The notes below the pieces were generated by a model that did not search any database, was not told where the DNA came from, and saw only the letters and a list, made by a program, of their open reading frames with translations. Positions 16,504-24,945 of a stretch of DNA of 40,502 bases are shown piece after piece. A program made the position numbers and the translations under genes. Source of the DNA: a virus (lineage: Duplodnaviria; Caudoviricetes); IMG/VR virus record IMGVR_UViG_3300040733_000115, positions 1-40,502 of that record; one strand, 5' to 3'. Position 1 is the stretch's first letter. The number at the start of each line of letters is the position of its first letter.

Positions 16504-17340
16504 ATGCGATTATCAATTGAAAAACTTTATCCGAACCCGAACCAGCCACGAAAAGATTTTGACCAGACAGGGCTTGAGGAGCTCGCTATGTCGATAAGGC
16601 AATATGGAGTCCTTGAGCCTCTTGTGGTTACCAAAAGGGGCGACCGCTATATGATCGTTGCAGGAGAGAGGCGTTTCCGCGCCTCTCTCCTTGCCGGTAT
16701 GAAGGAAGTACCGGTTGAAATCATCGAGGCAGACGACGCCCTGGTCGAAGAGCTGGCTCTGCTTGAGAATATCCAGCGTCAGGACCTGAACATTATCGAG
16801 GAGGCGAAAGGCTACCAGTCATTACTTGACCGGGGCTGGACAAAAGAAGAGCTTGCCCGGAAGATGGGATTCAAGCAGGTATGGAGGATAGACGAGCGCA
16901 CAAGCCTTTTGAACCTGACTCCAGAGCATCAAAAACTTGTCATTAACGGCACTATCGGCCATTCACAGGCATTTGAGATGAGCAGGGTAGCGCCCGACCG
17001 GCAGGCGCTTATCTTGAAGAAGATCCTCGCCGGCGAGCTCAATTCATACAACAAGCTCCGTTCATTTGTGGACGGGCTTATCCTGATAGAACAGCAGGGG
17101 AACATCTTTGAGCTGAACATGTTGACCGAGGAACAGAAGAAGGCCCTGAATGATTTCGATTCGCTCCTTACCGGTATCGAGAGATTCATCAGGAAGGCCG
17201 ACGACCTGGAACATTTCAAGAAGGCGGTCTTCCATTCAAACATCAAACCCGAGCGTCTTGACCTCATCATCAAGCACCTGATGAAGCTGAGGAAGCTCGT
17301 CCTGACAGGAAAAGGCGTCAAAGACGCCCTCGCGGCATGA
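16504..17340 (+). CDS. parB: ParB/Spo0J-family protein
   Basis: PNPNQPRKDF, IVAGERRFRA, LLENIQRQDLN, followed by an HTH. Confidence 0.9.
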   Translation: MRLSIEKLYPNPNQPRKDFDQTGLEELAMSIRQYGVLEPLVVTKRGDRYMIVAGERRFRASLLAGMKEVPVEIIEADDALVEELALLENIQRQDLNIIEEAKGYQSLLDRGWTKEELARKMGFKQVWRIDERTSLLNLTPEHQKLVINGTIGHSQAFEMSRVAPDRQALILKKILAGELNSYNKLRSFVDGLILIEQQGNIFELNMLTEEQKKALNDFDSLLTGIERFIRKADDLEHFKKAVFHSNIKPERLDLIIKHLMKLRKLVLTGKGVKDALAA

Positions 17341-17360
17341 AATTTGCTTCATAGATAAAG

Positions 17361-17384
17361 GAGGGGAGGCGCAAATCTCCCCTC
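17361..17384 (+). terminator. GC-rich hairpin after parB
   Basis: GAGGGGAGG-CGCAAA-TCTCCCCTC; weak U tract. Confidence 0.5.
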
Positions 17385-17444
17385 TACTATCAGAATAATC
17401 AATAATATCAAGTAGTAATTAAAAGATAAAAATTAATAAAATCC

Positions 17445-17518
17445 TTGACAAAAAAACGGACAAGCTGTTTAATATCTATATATAGTGAAGTTTTTTTTAT
17501 TTTTACTATATATAGTAG
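17445..17518 (+). promoter_or_regulatory. Putative promoter with two palindromic operators (CTATATATAG, NrdR-box-like)
   Basis: TTGACA at 17445 and AT-rich -10 near 17468-17475; CTATATATAGT at 17476 and 17506. Confidence 0.5.
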
Positions 17519-17554
17519 CTCGGTGGAGGTTTTATGGTTTATTGAGTTTGAACA

Positions 17555-17632
17555 TTAAAAAGCCCCAAATGTTTGCGGCATTTGAGGCTTGCCCATCATT
17601 CGGTCGATGGGAACTTGATAGAAACTCTTGAT
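17555..17632 (-). ncRNA. Putative antisense sRNA with intrinsic terminator
   Basis: Minus-strand TTGACA (17668-17663)-N18-TAGGCT with extended TG; ends in AGCCUCAAAUG-loop-CAUUUGGGGCU followed by a U run. Confidence 0.45.
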
Positions 17633-17705
17633 GAGGCAAGCCTAACATACCTCTGAAAAATCTGTCAAGCTGAAAAATCCGGGCCGAAAAAGGAAGGTGA
17701 ATAAT

Positions 17706-17822
17706 ATGGGTAAGACAACAAAGATCGGTCGGGATGCAGGCACAGGGAAATTTATCCCGGTCAAAAGGGCAGAAAAAGACCCAAAACACACCACTGTAGA
17801 GACAATCAAAAAAAAGAAATAG
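17706..17822 (+). CDS. Small basic protein (38 aa, GRDAGTGKF motif; absent from the ORF track)
   Basis: AGGAAGGTGA RBS; MGKTTKIGRDAGTGKFIPVKRAEKDPKHTTVETIKKKK*. Confidence 0.7.
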   Translation: MGKTTKIGRDAGTGKFIPVKRAEKDPKHTTVETIKKKK

Positions 17823-17833
17823 CAGGGTCGCTC

Positions 17834-17862
17834 ATCCCCCCCGCCCTCAAGCGGGGGGGGAT
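17834..17862 (+). terminator. GC-rich hairpin
   Basis: ATCCCCCCCGC-CCTCAA-GCGGGGGGGGAT. Confidence 0.5.
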
Positions 17863-17944
17863 AATTTCAGATAAAAGGTAGGGATGATCGATGGATAAAC
17901 CAATTGATCGTTGCAAGCAGCCCAAACAAAAGAAGGAGCTTAGT

Positions 17945-18547
17945 ATGTGGAACAATTTCAATATTAGTATGCTAATAGCCACTGCGGTGATCGCCGCCGC
18001 GACTTGCGTGTACGTTTTTTATGCTTACAGACAATGGAATATCATGTCCGAGCAGCTCAAACAAAATCAGCCTCTTCCCGGTGTCGCAAGAGTTAATGTT
18101 AACACGGTGGCAGAGGAAGTCAGACGGATCTCCGTAGATATAAAGAATTTTGGTAAAACTAGTGCAAAACATGTTTTGATAGGATGGAAGGTGGACAGAC
18201 TGCAGAGGAATGTTGATAAAAGTACGAATCCAGTAACAGTAACAGTAACCGAACAAGAAATAAAAGGCGTTTCTCCCCAATGGTATTGGTCGTCCCATCC
18301 TATTTCTTTGTTCCCTGAGCAGGAGCTTAACAATGTCATAGTTATGCTCTCTAAGGACTTGTTTTTTTCGGTGACTCAGGGATATGATGCAATTCGAGTA
18401 ATGCTTGCCGTGAAGTATCAAGACATAGGGAATTCCAAACCCCAGCTTGATTTATGTACTTACCTGATCACAAGGATGGCAAGTTCAAAACAGCAGGATC
18501 CAGATATTCAGCTGATTGAGACTGCAGAGGGAGAATTGATAAAATAA
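17945..18547 (+). CDS. Low-GC moron membrane protein with a single N-terminal TM helix
   Basis: AAGGAG RBS before ATG 17945 (ORF open from 17891); hydrophobic LIATAVIAAATCVYVFYAY; AT-rich codon usage. Confidence 0.7.
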   Translation: MWNNFNISMLIATAVIAAATCVYVFYAYRQWNIMSEQLKQNQPLPGVARVNVNTVAEEVRRISVDIKNFGKTSAKHVLIGWKVDRLQRNVDKSTNPVTVTVTEQEIKGVSPQWYWSSHPISLFPEQELNNVIVMLSKDLFFSVTQGYDAIRVMLAVKYQDIGNSKPQLDLCTYLITRMASSKQQDPDIQLIETAEGELIK

Positions 18548-18585
18548 TGCAATGATCTGCCAGACCATTTCACGGTTTTGTGATA
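18548..18585 (+). promoter_or_regulatory. Putative Mor/C-activated late promoter, copy 2 (packaging operon)
   Basis: TGCAATGATCTGCCAGACCATTTCAC-N7-TGATA. Confidence 0.7.
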
Positions 18586-18595
18586 ACCGTATGGC

Positions 18596-19459
18596 ATGGC
18601 GGAACACGTATACACCCCGGAAATCATCAAGGCTGCCTTAACCGTAGAAGAGCGTATTCAATACAACGCCCTTCTCGATATATTGCTATCCAAAAAGATC
18701 CTGAACCCGTCGGAACAGAAGAAGTACGACGATTACAAGGCGAAAATAAACAAATACATTGACGGCCAGGCCGCCGCATCTTCAGGGCGGCCCCCATCAG
18801 GAGAACTCGACGAGCCAGGCATCCCCGTGGAGCTGCGTGTCAGGCGTCGCTATACCATGTCTCCGGAGGCTCTCGCCCAGCGGAAGGCCGCCGGTAATTC
18901 ACCTGCCAAGTCCGACAGCATGAAAGGGAACCGCAACGGCTGGAAGCATGGCCGGTATGCGGACGATTTTATCAATAAGATCAAGCCCTGCAAATCGACG
19001 TGCCCGCAGTATCCGTGTTCGCTCGTCTCCGAAGGCGAGGTTGAACCGGGCGACGACTGCCTTGACAAGGTTGAAGTGATCAAGTTCTTCCGGGCGGTGC
19101 ATAACGCCGTGAAGGACAAGAATTATGACGACTTCAATGAGCTGGCGGCCCTGCAGATCGCGAACACGATCAAGGTCATAGACATGCTCATCGAGGATAT
19201 TATCAGGGACGGCACTGTTTTGAAACGCGAGAAACATGACGCTAAAGATAATCTCATCGTTGAATATGTGACCCACCCGTCGCTGCTCGCCCTCCCGAAG
19301 CTTATCGCGGATCTCGGTCTTAATCCAACTGAATTTATGATTACGCCCCGCGCGATCGCACGGGACAAAAACGAAAGGGACGTCGGGAAGACCCTCGCCG
19401 AAATGATGTCCCGCGCCGGCAGGGGGCTCAAAAAGAAAGACCATGAAGAGGATGATTGA
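18596..19459 (+). CDS. Putative terminase small subunit
   Basis: Immediately upstream of the large subunit; GNRNGWKHG motif, Cys cluster, C-terminal HP...LGLNP pattern. Confidence 0.7.
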   Translation: MAEHVYTPEIIKAALTVEERIQYNALLDILLSKKILNPSEQKKYDDYKAKINKYIDGQAAASSGRPPSGELDEPGIPVELRVRRRYTMSPEALAQRKAAGNSPAKSDSMKGNRNGWKHGRYADDFINKIKPCKSTCPQYPCSLVSEGEVEPGDDCLDKVEVIKFFRAVHNAVKDKNYDDFNELAALQIANTIKVIDMLIEDIIRDGTVLKREKHDAKDNLIVEYVTHPSLLALPKLIADLGLNPTEFMITPRAIARDKNERDVGKTLAEMMSRAGRGLKKKDHEEDD

Positions 19460-21321
19460 TGCAGGTCGCTTTTTCGCGTTCTGCGAATGACGCGGTTCCC
19501 GAACCCGCACGTTTGAGGGATCTCGAAAAGAGCATCCTCGTTCCCCGTCCTGACTTCGAATCCTGGATGCAAAGATATGACTGGACCACCCACCAGCTCG
19601 CCCGCAGGGAATACCCGCCGGGCTATACATCGCTCGAAGAGTTTCAGCTCGGGTGCATCTGTGCTGACCCCTATCTCTGGTGTTCCTTTTTCCTCCGCGA
19701 GCCGGAGGACCCTGACCATGACGAGCCTTACGGTTTTTGGGATTATCAGATCGTGTCCCTGCGTTACCCGGGCAACGTGATACACAAGGATGCCGCTGAA
19801 GTGGGGAAGACCCGCGAGCTCGTCGCCTGGGGTCTCCATAAAGCCTTTACGGTGCTCAACGGCTCCGGCCTGGTCGGAGCGCCCCTCCAGACCCACCTGG
19901 ACGAGATCATCGAGGCAATGCACGACCAGCTTACCTGGAACGAGGACCTTGGTCGTTCCCTTGTGCGCTGGAAGAAGCACCCTCACCACGCCTTTTATTT
20001 TTCGAACCACTTCAAGATTGATTTCCGCCCCTCGGGTTTCGACGGCATCGCATACAGGGGTGTTCACGCGCGTACCTTCGCGATCAAGGACGAGGCGGCG
20101 AAAGACAAGAATACAAAGCAATGGAGCGAGTTCTGGCGCGCCATAAAGCCCGCCTGTGTCGCCCGCATCTATTCCGTGCCGGACGGAGACCGTTCCTGCG
20201 AGTTCTTTAAGCTCGCGGAGCGTGCGAAGGGCAGCAAAAAATCCCAGGACACCGAGATGGACTCCCTGAAAGATACCGCCGCCCACGTGAAAAATATGGA
20301 ATTCAAGATATTTCAATGGCCGAAATCGTTAATGCCGCCCCCATTCTGGACACCGGAGCGGAAACGGTTCTACATAGAGCAATATGGCGGCGAGGACGCG
20401 CCCGCCTACAAGCATAATGTCCTCGGAGAGGACGGCGACCCCGAGAACACCGTCTTCCCGTGGGAGCAGCTCAAATACTGCATCAAGGATGTCCCTGAAT
20501 ATCGCTGCTTGAAGATCCTCGTCAATGAATCTCACAATGAGGTCATTATCACCGGATACCGCATAGAATACTCAGGCGAGACCGGCCCGGCCGGCCAGGT
20601 GAGGTATCTCATCGACGAGACATGCAGGAAATCGACCTTCTTCGATTTTGACGGCGCCGGCGAGTCCGAATTCCGCCGTCTCATCAAGAGTTTTTTCATT
20701 TCGGCGCCCGGCTTCAAGCGCGGAGGAGGGGATCTCGGGTTCTCCGGCGATGAAACAGAGATCATCATAAAGCTTATCCTCGGCAAGCGCGAGCGGCTTG
20801 TGGCCCGCCTGCACCTGAAACACGTTACATACGATCAGCAGTGTCAGGCCCTCGACGCCATCGATGACATCTACGGCCCCATGGAATCGCTCTGTTGGGG
20901 CACGGATTTCGGCAACGCAGGCAGCGCCGTCGCCCATGACCTGCAGGGCCTGCAGATCTACAGGAACAAGAATTACGACGACCGGCTTAAGGGGTTCATG
21001 TTCGAGTCCACAATGGATAATATCGACGAGACCGGCGAGCCGATCATTGACGCGAAGACAAACAAACCGGCAAAGATCACGCTTAAAGAGCTGTCTACTG
21101 ATGTCCTCACAAAAAAGATGCAGCGTCAGGACCTTGAGTACCCTGCCGATCCCGACATCATTCTTTATTATACGAACCACACGGTAAAGTCAGGCGGGAA
21201 GCATCGCATTTACAAGAAGGAAGATGACCATCTCATTGATGCAGACCGGGCCCAGGAGCTTGCCGGTCTCATGATGGTCGAAGCCGACGATCTCTTTTCG
21301 TCCGGGACAAACAGGAGGTGA
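19459..21321 (+). CDS. terL: Terminase large subunit
   Basis: Walker A-like AAEVGKT, Walker B IKDEAA, nuclease acidic residues GGDLG, TDFGNAG, DDHLIDA. Confidence 0.85.
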   Translation: MQVAFSRSANDAVPEPARLRDLEKSILVPRPDFESWMQRYDWTTHQLARREYPPGYTSLEEFQLGCICADPYLWCSFFLREPEDPDHDEPYGFWDYQIVSLRYPGNVIHKDAAEVGKTRELVAWGLHKAFTVLNGSGLVGAPLQTHLDEIIEAMHDQLTWNEDLGRSLVRWKKHPHHAFYFSNHFKIDFRPSGFDGIAYRGVHARTFAIKDEAAKDKNTKQWSEFWRAIKPACVARIYSVPDGDRSCEFFKLAERAKGSKKSQDTEMDSLKDTAAHVKNMEFKIFQWPKSLMPPPFWTPERKRFYIEQYGGEDAPAYKHNVLGEDGDPENTVFPWEQLKYCIKDVPEYRCLKILVNESHNEVIITGYRIEYSGETGPAGQVRYLIDETCRKSTFFDFDGAGESEFRRLIKSFFISAPGFKRGGGDLGFSGDETEIIIKLILGKRERLVARLHLKHVTYDQQCQALDAIDDIYGPMESLCWGTDFGNAGSAVAHDLQGLQIYRNKNYDDRLKGFMFESTMDNIDETGEPIIDAKTNKPAKITLKELSTDVLTKKMQRQDLEYPADPDIILYYTNHTVKSGGKHRIYKKEDDHLIDADRAQELAGLMMVEADDLFSSGTNRR

Positions 21322-21325
21322 CGCC

Positions 21326-23491
21326 GTGAAGTTATTCGGGTTTGATATACACCGCGCGAAGGCCACCGAGGACGTTGCAACAAAGCCGCTATTTACGCCG
21401 CATAATCCGCAGGGTCCTCTGACGTCCTGGTTCCAGGATTATGTCTTTAGGAAGGTCTCGGGCGAGTTCTACGAGGTCCTGCGCGAAGCGATACCGATCA
21501 TCGACAGCGCGATCCGCCGCCTCATATCCCTTAATGGCACGATAAAGATCATCGGCGACAACGCAGTTCTTGTCCGGGAGCTGGAGGATTTTTGCACCAG
21601 CGTTCCTGTCAATGACATGCAGCACGGGATACAGGCGTTCCTGGAGAACTCATGCAACGAGGTATTCGAGCAGGGTTTCGTCATTTCCGAGTTTGTCCTC
21701 ACGAAGGATCTGAAAGACATCGCGGGTCTGCGCGTCGCCGACAGCAAGCAGATATTTTTCCGCCGCAATACCGAAGGCATAGCGGAACCGTGGTACCGGT
21801 ACGGCGGTTTTCAGACGCCCACCCTATGGTCGCGCCCCGAGTCCGCGATCCAGAAGATCCTCACGGCTACCTATAGCCAGCCGGTCTATCTCAACGGCAT
21901 GTGGGAGATCAGGCTTAATCCCGACAACAAGCTGTATTTCTCCATCAATAACGAGAACACCGACCCGCACGGGGTATCAATGATGCGCTCCCTGGAATTT
22001 GTTTCAAAGGTACTCGTGACGATGCAGAATTCCGTCATGAATGTCTGGGAGCGTTTCGGAGATCCCATCTACCACGTGAACTATAAGACTACGAAGCGGG
22101 ATCTCGGAGGCACGGAGATCGAGGCCCGCCGTAAGAAGATCGAGACGGATTTCAACGCAGCTATCGCCGCGAAGAGGACGGGCAAAAGCGCCGATTTTGT
22201 CACCGCCGTCAATACCGATGCGTCGATCGAGATCAAGGTCATAGGCTCAGACAACCAGGTGCTGGCCCTTGATGTTCCCGCCCGCCATATCCTCGAGCAG
22301 ATCATCTCAAAGACAAGCCTCCCGGCCTGGATGCTCGGCATCTACTGGAGCACGACGGAGCGCATGGCGACCCTCGAAATAGAGGCCGCCCTGCAGGACG
22401 CGAAGATCCGCCAGCTCGCCATGGTCCCGGAATTTATCCGCCTCTTTTCAATGCTTCTCAAGGCTCACGGCCGCTCATGGAAGCAAGTCACCACAGACCC
22501 GAACAAGCCGGGCGACTGGGGTTTTATCTTCGAGACGCCGAACCTCCGCGACCTCGTTGCACAGGCGCAGGCGAGGTTCCTGAACGCCCAGGCGGACATG
22601 ATGGGAGCGGCAGGGAGCCAGACGCAGACCACCGTCAATGTGGGCGCAGCGGGGGCGACCTTCGAGATCACGACAAAGAACGTTGATCCCGGGAAAAAGA
22701 AACAATGCGATTGCGCCACGCACAAAGAGACATCCCGTCCGAAAGATTGGCCCGCGCTCGACAAGGTCGAAGAGGAATACGAGAACGAACTAAAATTCGA
22801 CTGGAAAGAATTCAGGGACAGGGTCTTTACGATCCTTGGCTTCGTTCCCGTCGCCGGCGCGTCAGCACAGGAAACTCAGAAGGATCTCTTTTCGTCCGGT
22901 AAATTTGAGTTTACCGACGAGCAGCGCAAGGCCATCGAGAAGGCGCTTGCGAAATACATCGGTCAATACGATCCCGCTGATCTCGACTCGGCCGTGCGGT
23001 ATTACTACGCCCAGGCCTATTCTCTGGGGGTCATCGAGGCCGCCCTGTTTATCGGCAAGCAGAGGCCGGTCCTTGACATCATCAAGGCGAAAGAGATCTT
23101 TGACAGGCTCTGCGATATCGGTTTCGAGCTGGTGCGAAACGATGCCACAAGAGCAATGAAAGACCGGATCATCCCGGAGATGGAAGCCCAGATGATCGCC
23201 GGCGCGAACCCGGTCAATGTAGCCGCACGCCTTGAGAAACTCTTCGGCGACGTCAACAGCGACTGGGAACGCCTCGCGCGGTCAGAGATGACGATGGCAG
23301 CCGAATCGGCAAAGCTCGACGAGTGGACGGAATGGAAGATAAAGACGGTGGAATTCTCCCCCGCGCCTGATGCATGTCCTGTCTGTGTAGCCCTTGCAGG
23401 AGACTATCCCATTAAAAAATGTCCTGTTCCGGTCCGCGACACGCACCCGCGCTGCAGGTGTTCGACGCGTCCCGCCGCGAGCGAGGCATAA
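21326..23491 (+). CDS. Portal protein fused to a Mu gpF/SPP1 gp7-like minor head domain
   Basis: Follows terL; portal-like DPHGVSMMRSL..ERFGDP; C-terminal ERLARSE..ACPVC..HPRCRC. Confidence 0.8.
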   Translation: MKLFGFDIHRAKATEDVATKPLFTPHNPQGPLTSWFQDYVFRKVSGEFYEVLREAIPIIDSAIRRLISLNGTIKIIGDNAVLVRELEDFCTSVPVNDMQHGIQAFLENSCNEVFEQGFVISEFVLTKDLKDIAGLRVADSKQIFFRRNTEGIAEPWYRYGGFQTPTLWSRPESAIQKILTATYSQPVYLNGMWEIRLNPDNKLYFSINNENTDPHGVSMMRSLEFVSKVLVTMQNSVMNVWERFGDPIYHVNYKTTKRDLGGTEIEARRKKIETDFNAAIAAKRTGKSADFVTAVNTDASIEIKVIGSDNQVLALDVPARHILEQIISKTSLPAWMLGIYWSTTERMATLEIEAALQDAKIRQLAMVPEFIRLFSMLLKAHGRSWKQVTTDPNKPGDWGFIFETPNLRDLVAQAQARFLNAQADMMGAAGSQTQTTVNVGAAGATFEITTKNVDPGKKKQCDCATHKETSRPKDWPALDKVEEEYENELKFDWKEFRDRVFTILGFVPVAGASAQETQKDLFSSGKFEFTDEQRKAIEKALAKYIGQYDPADLDSAVRYYYAQAYSLGVIEAALFIGKQRPVLDIIKAKEIFDRLCDIGFELVRNDATRAMKDRIIPEMEAQMIAGANPVNVAARLEKLFGDVNSDWERLARSEMTMAAESAKLDEWTEWKIKTVEFSPAPDACPVCVALAGDYPIKKCPVPVRDTHPRCRCSTRPAASEA

Positions 23492-23497
23492 AAATAA

Positions 23498-23535
23498 TGC
23501 AACGATCTGCCAGAACATTTCACACTTTTTTGGTA
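23498..23535 (+). promoter_or_regulatory. Putative Mor/C-activated late promoter, copy 3 (head/tail operon)
   Basis: TGCAACGATCTGCCAGAACATTTCAC-N7-TGGTA. Confidence 0.7.
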
Positions 23536-23576
23536 CACGATAGGGAAATGGCACACAAAACCTCACGGAGGTCTCT

Positions 23577-23813
23577 ATGGCTAAAAAGAAAAAACAGGGC
23601 GAAGTAAGCGAAATAACCCAAAAGGCAGAACCGGTTATAACCCAAAAACCTGAGCCTGAATTTAACGCCCCCGAACCGGAAGTGAAAAAAGAGGTTAAGC
23701 CGGCGAGCTCCATCCTTACGCATCGCGACGGCGGCGTGAAAAGGATCTTCTTCGATGAGCGGGGCAAAGAGATCGGCTGCGAGGATCCTTTCAAGCCGGC
23801 AGGCAGAAAATGA
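23577..23813 (+). CDS. Hypothetical protein
   Basis: GGAGG RBS; short internal repeat ITQK. Confidence 0.65.
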   Translation: MAKKKKQGEVSEITQKAEPVITQKPEPEFNAPEPEVKKEVKPASSILTHRDGGVKRIFFDERGKEIGCEDPFKPAGRK

Positions 23814-24913
23814 AAAATAAAACCTTTATTCTCCGGAAGGCGTTTGGCGACACGTCGCCTGCTGAGGACCGTCTCGAAAAGATCAACAAGTATGCCCTCG
23901 TCTCTCTCACAGAAGAGCAGGTCTACGCCCGCCGGTATCTCATGGCGCATAATGCCATCGACCGCGACGTCGAACGGTTCAACGAGGATCTCCTCGAGGA
24001 TTTCGCCCGCACACTTCCCGGAAAGGGGTTTTTCGTCGAAGGGCACCCGTCGTCCTGGAACGGCAAAGGCGGCCCCGGAGAGGGTCGTTTTTACAACGCC
24101 TATACCGAAACGATGACGCCTGAGGCCTTCCGCGAGCTTACCGGCGAAGAGGTAAAGCTTCCCGACAATATCACGAGTGTAAAGGTCCTCTGGGGAGAGT
24201 CTTACATCCTGCGGCTTGAGAGCAACGGCGATACCATCGCCAAGATCGACGCGGGGATCTATTCATTTACGTCCATAGGGTTCAAAGCGCCATATGTGGA
24301 GACAACCGATGACAGAGGCAACTTTCTGTACGGTGAGTATACATCGAAAGGCGAGGCTCTGGAAGGCTCGCTTGTCTGGCTCGGGGCGCAGCCTGGGGCC
24401 ATGGCGAAAGAACATTCACATACACATGAAGAACCGCAAAAAGGAGGAAAAGAAATCATGAAAGAATTTCTCGAAAAACTGAAAAAAGCATTCGGCAAGA
24501 CCTTCTCCGAAGAGGGCGTTGTCGAAGAGATCAAACAGATGATCGACGAGAAGGATCAGAAGGTCCGCGAGCTGGCACCGCTTGCCGATGAGGGCAAGGC
24601 ATACCGGAAATCCCTTATCGACGACACGATCCGCTTCGGGACCATGATAGATGAGATCAAGACCGACGCGGAAGAGCAGAAGAAAGAGGCCGAATTTCTC
24701 GCTACGCTCCCGATCGAGAGGCTTAAGACCATGCGCGAAAAGTATGAGAAAACCGCCCGGGATAAATTCCCTGACAAATTCACCTTCAAGGTGAAGGACA
24801 CGGACGATCGCCAGAAACAGGGCGACGGCGCGCAGCAGAAACGGCAGACAACCGGCAAAAAAGACTATACCGATCCGTCGCAGAACGAGCTTTTTACGAC
24901 GCTCGGGAAGTAA
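23810..24913 (+). CDS. Prohead protease + scaffold-like protein
   Basis: IDRDVERF..GH..SIGF..EGSLVWLGAQPGA protease-like N-half, charged helical C-half; internal RBS AAGGAGG + ATG near 24458. Confidence 0.7.
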   Translation: MKNKTFILRKAFGDTSPAEDRLEKINKYALVSLTEEQVYARRYLMAHNAIDRDVERFNEDLLEDFARTLPGKGFFVEGHPSSWNGKGGPGEGRFYNAYTETMTPEAFRELTGEEVKLPDNITSVKVLWGESYILRLESNGDTIAKIDAGIYSFTSIGFKAPYVETTDDRGNFLYGEYTSKGEALEGSLVWLGAQPGAMAKEHSHTHEEPQKGGKEIMKEFLEKLKKAFGKTFSEEGVVEEIKQMIDEKDQKVRELAPLADEGKAYRKSLIDDTIRFGTMIDEIKTDAEEQKKEAEFLATLPIERLKTMREKYEKTARDKFPDKFTFKVKDTDDRQKQGDGAQQKRQTTGKKDYTDPSQNELFTTLGK

Positions 24914-24945
24914 ACGCTTAACGAAAGAAGGATAAGGAGGAAACC

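Noticed and set aside
16504-17340. Complete ParABS partition system
   Set aside because: No ParA ATPase and no recognisable parS palindrome in the window
17625-17660. Hammerhead ribozyme (TGATGA...GAAA)
   Set aside because: Core reads TTGATGA rather than CTGATGA and stem II does not close onto GAAA
19123-21180. Long minus-strand ORFs (e.g. 19123-20316, 20572-21180) and similar ones elsewhere
   Set aside because: Antisense shadows of well-supported plus-strand genes; no motifs or RBS
16504-24913. Clamp-binding-like pentapeptides (ParB QGNIF, portal QKDLF, protease QNELF)
   Set aside because: Short degenerate motif expected by chance, and it also occurs in structural proteins
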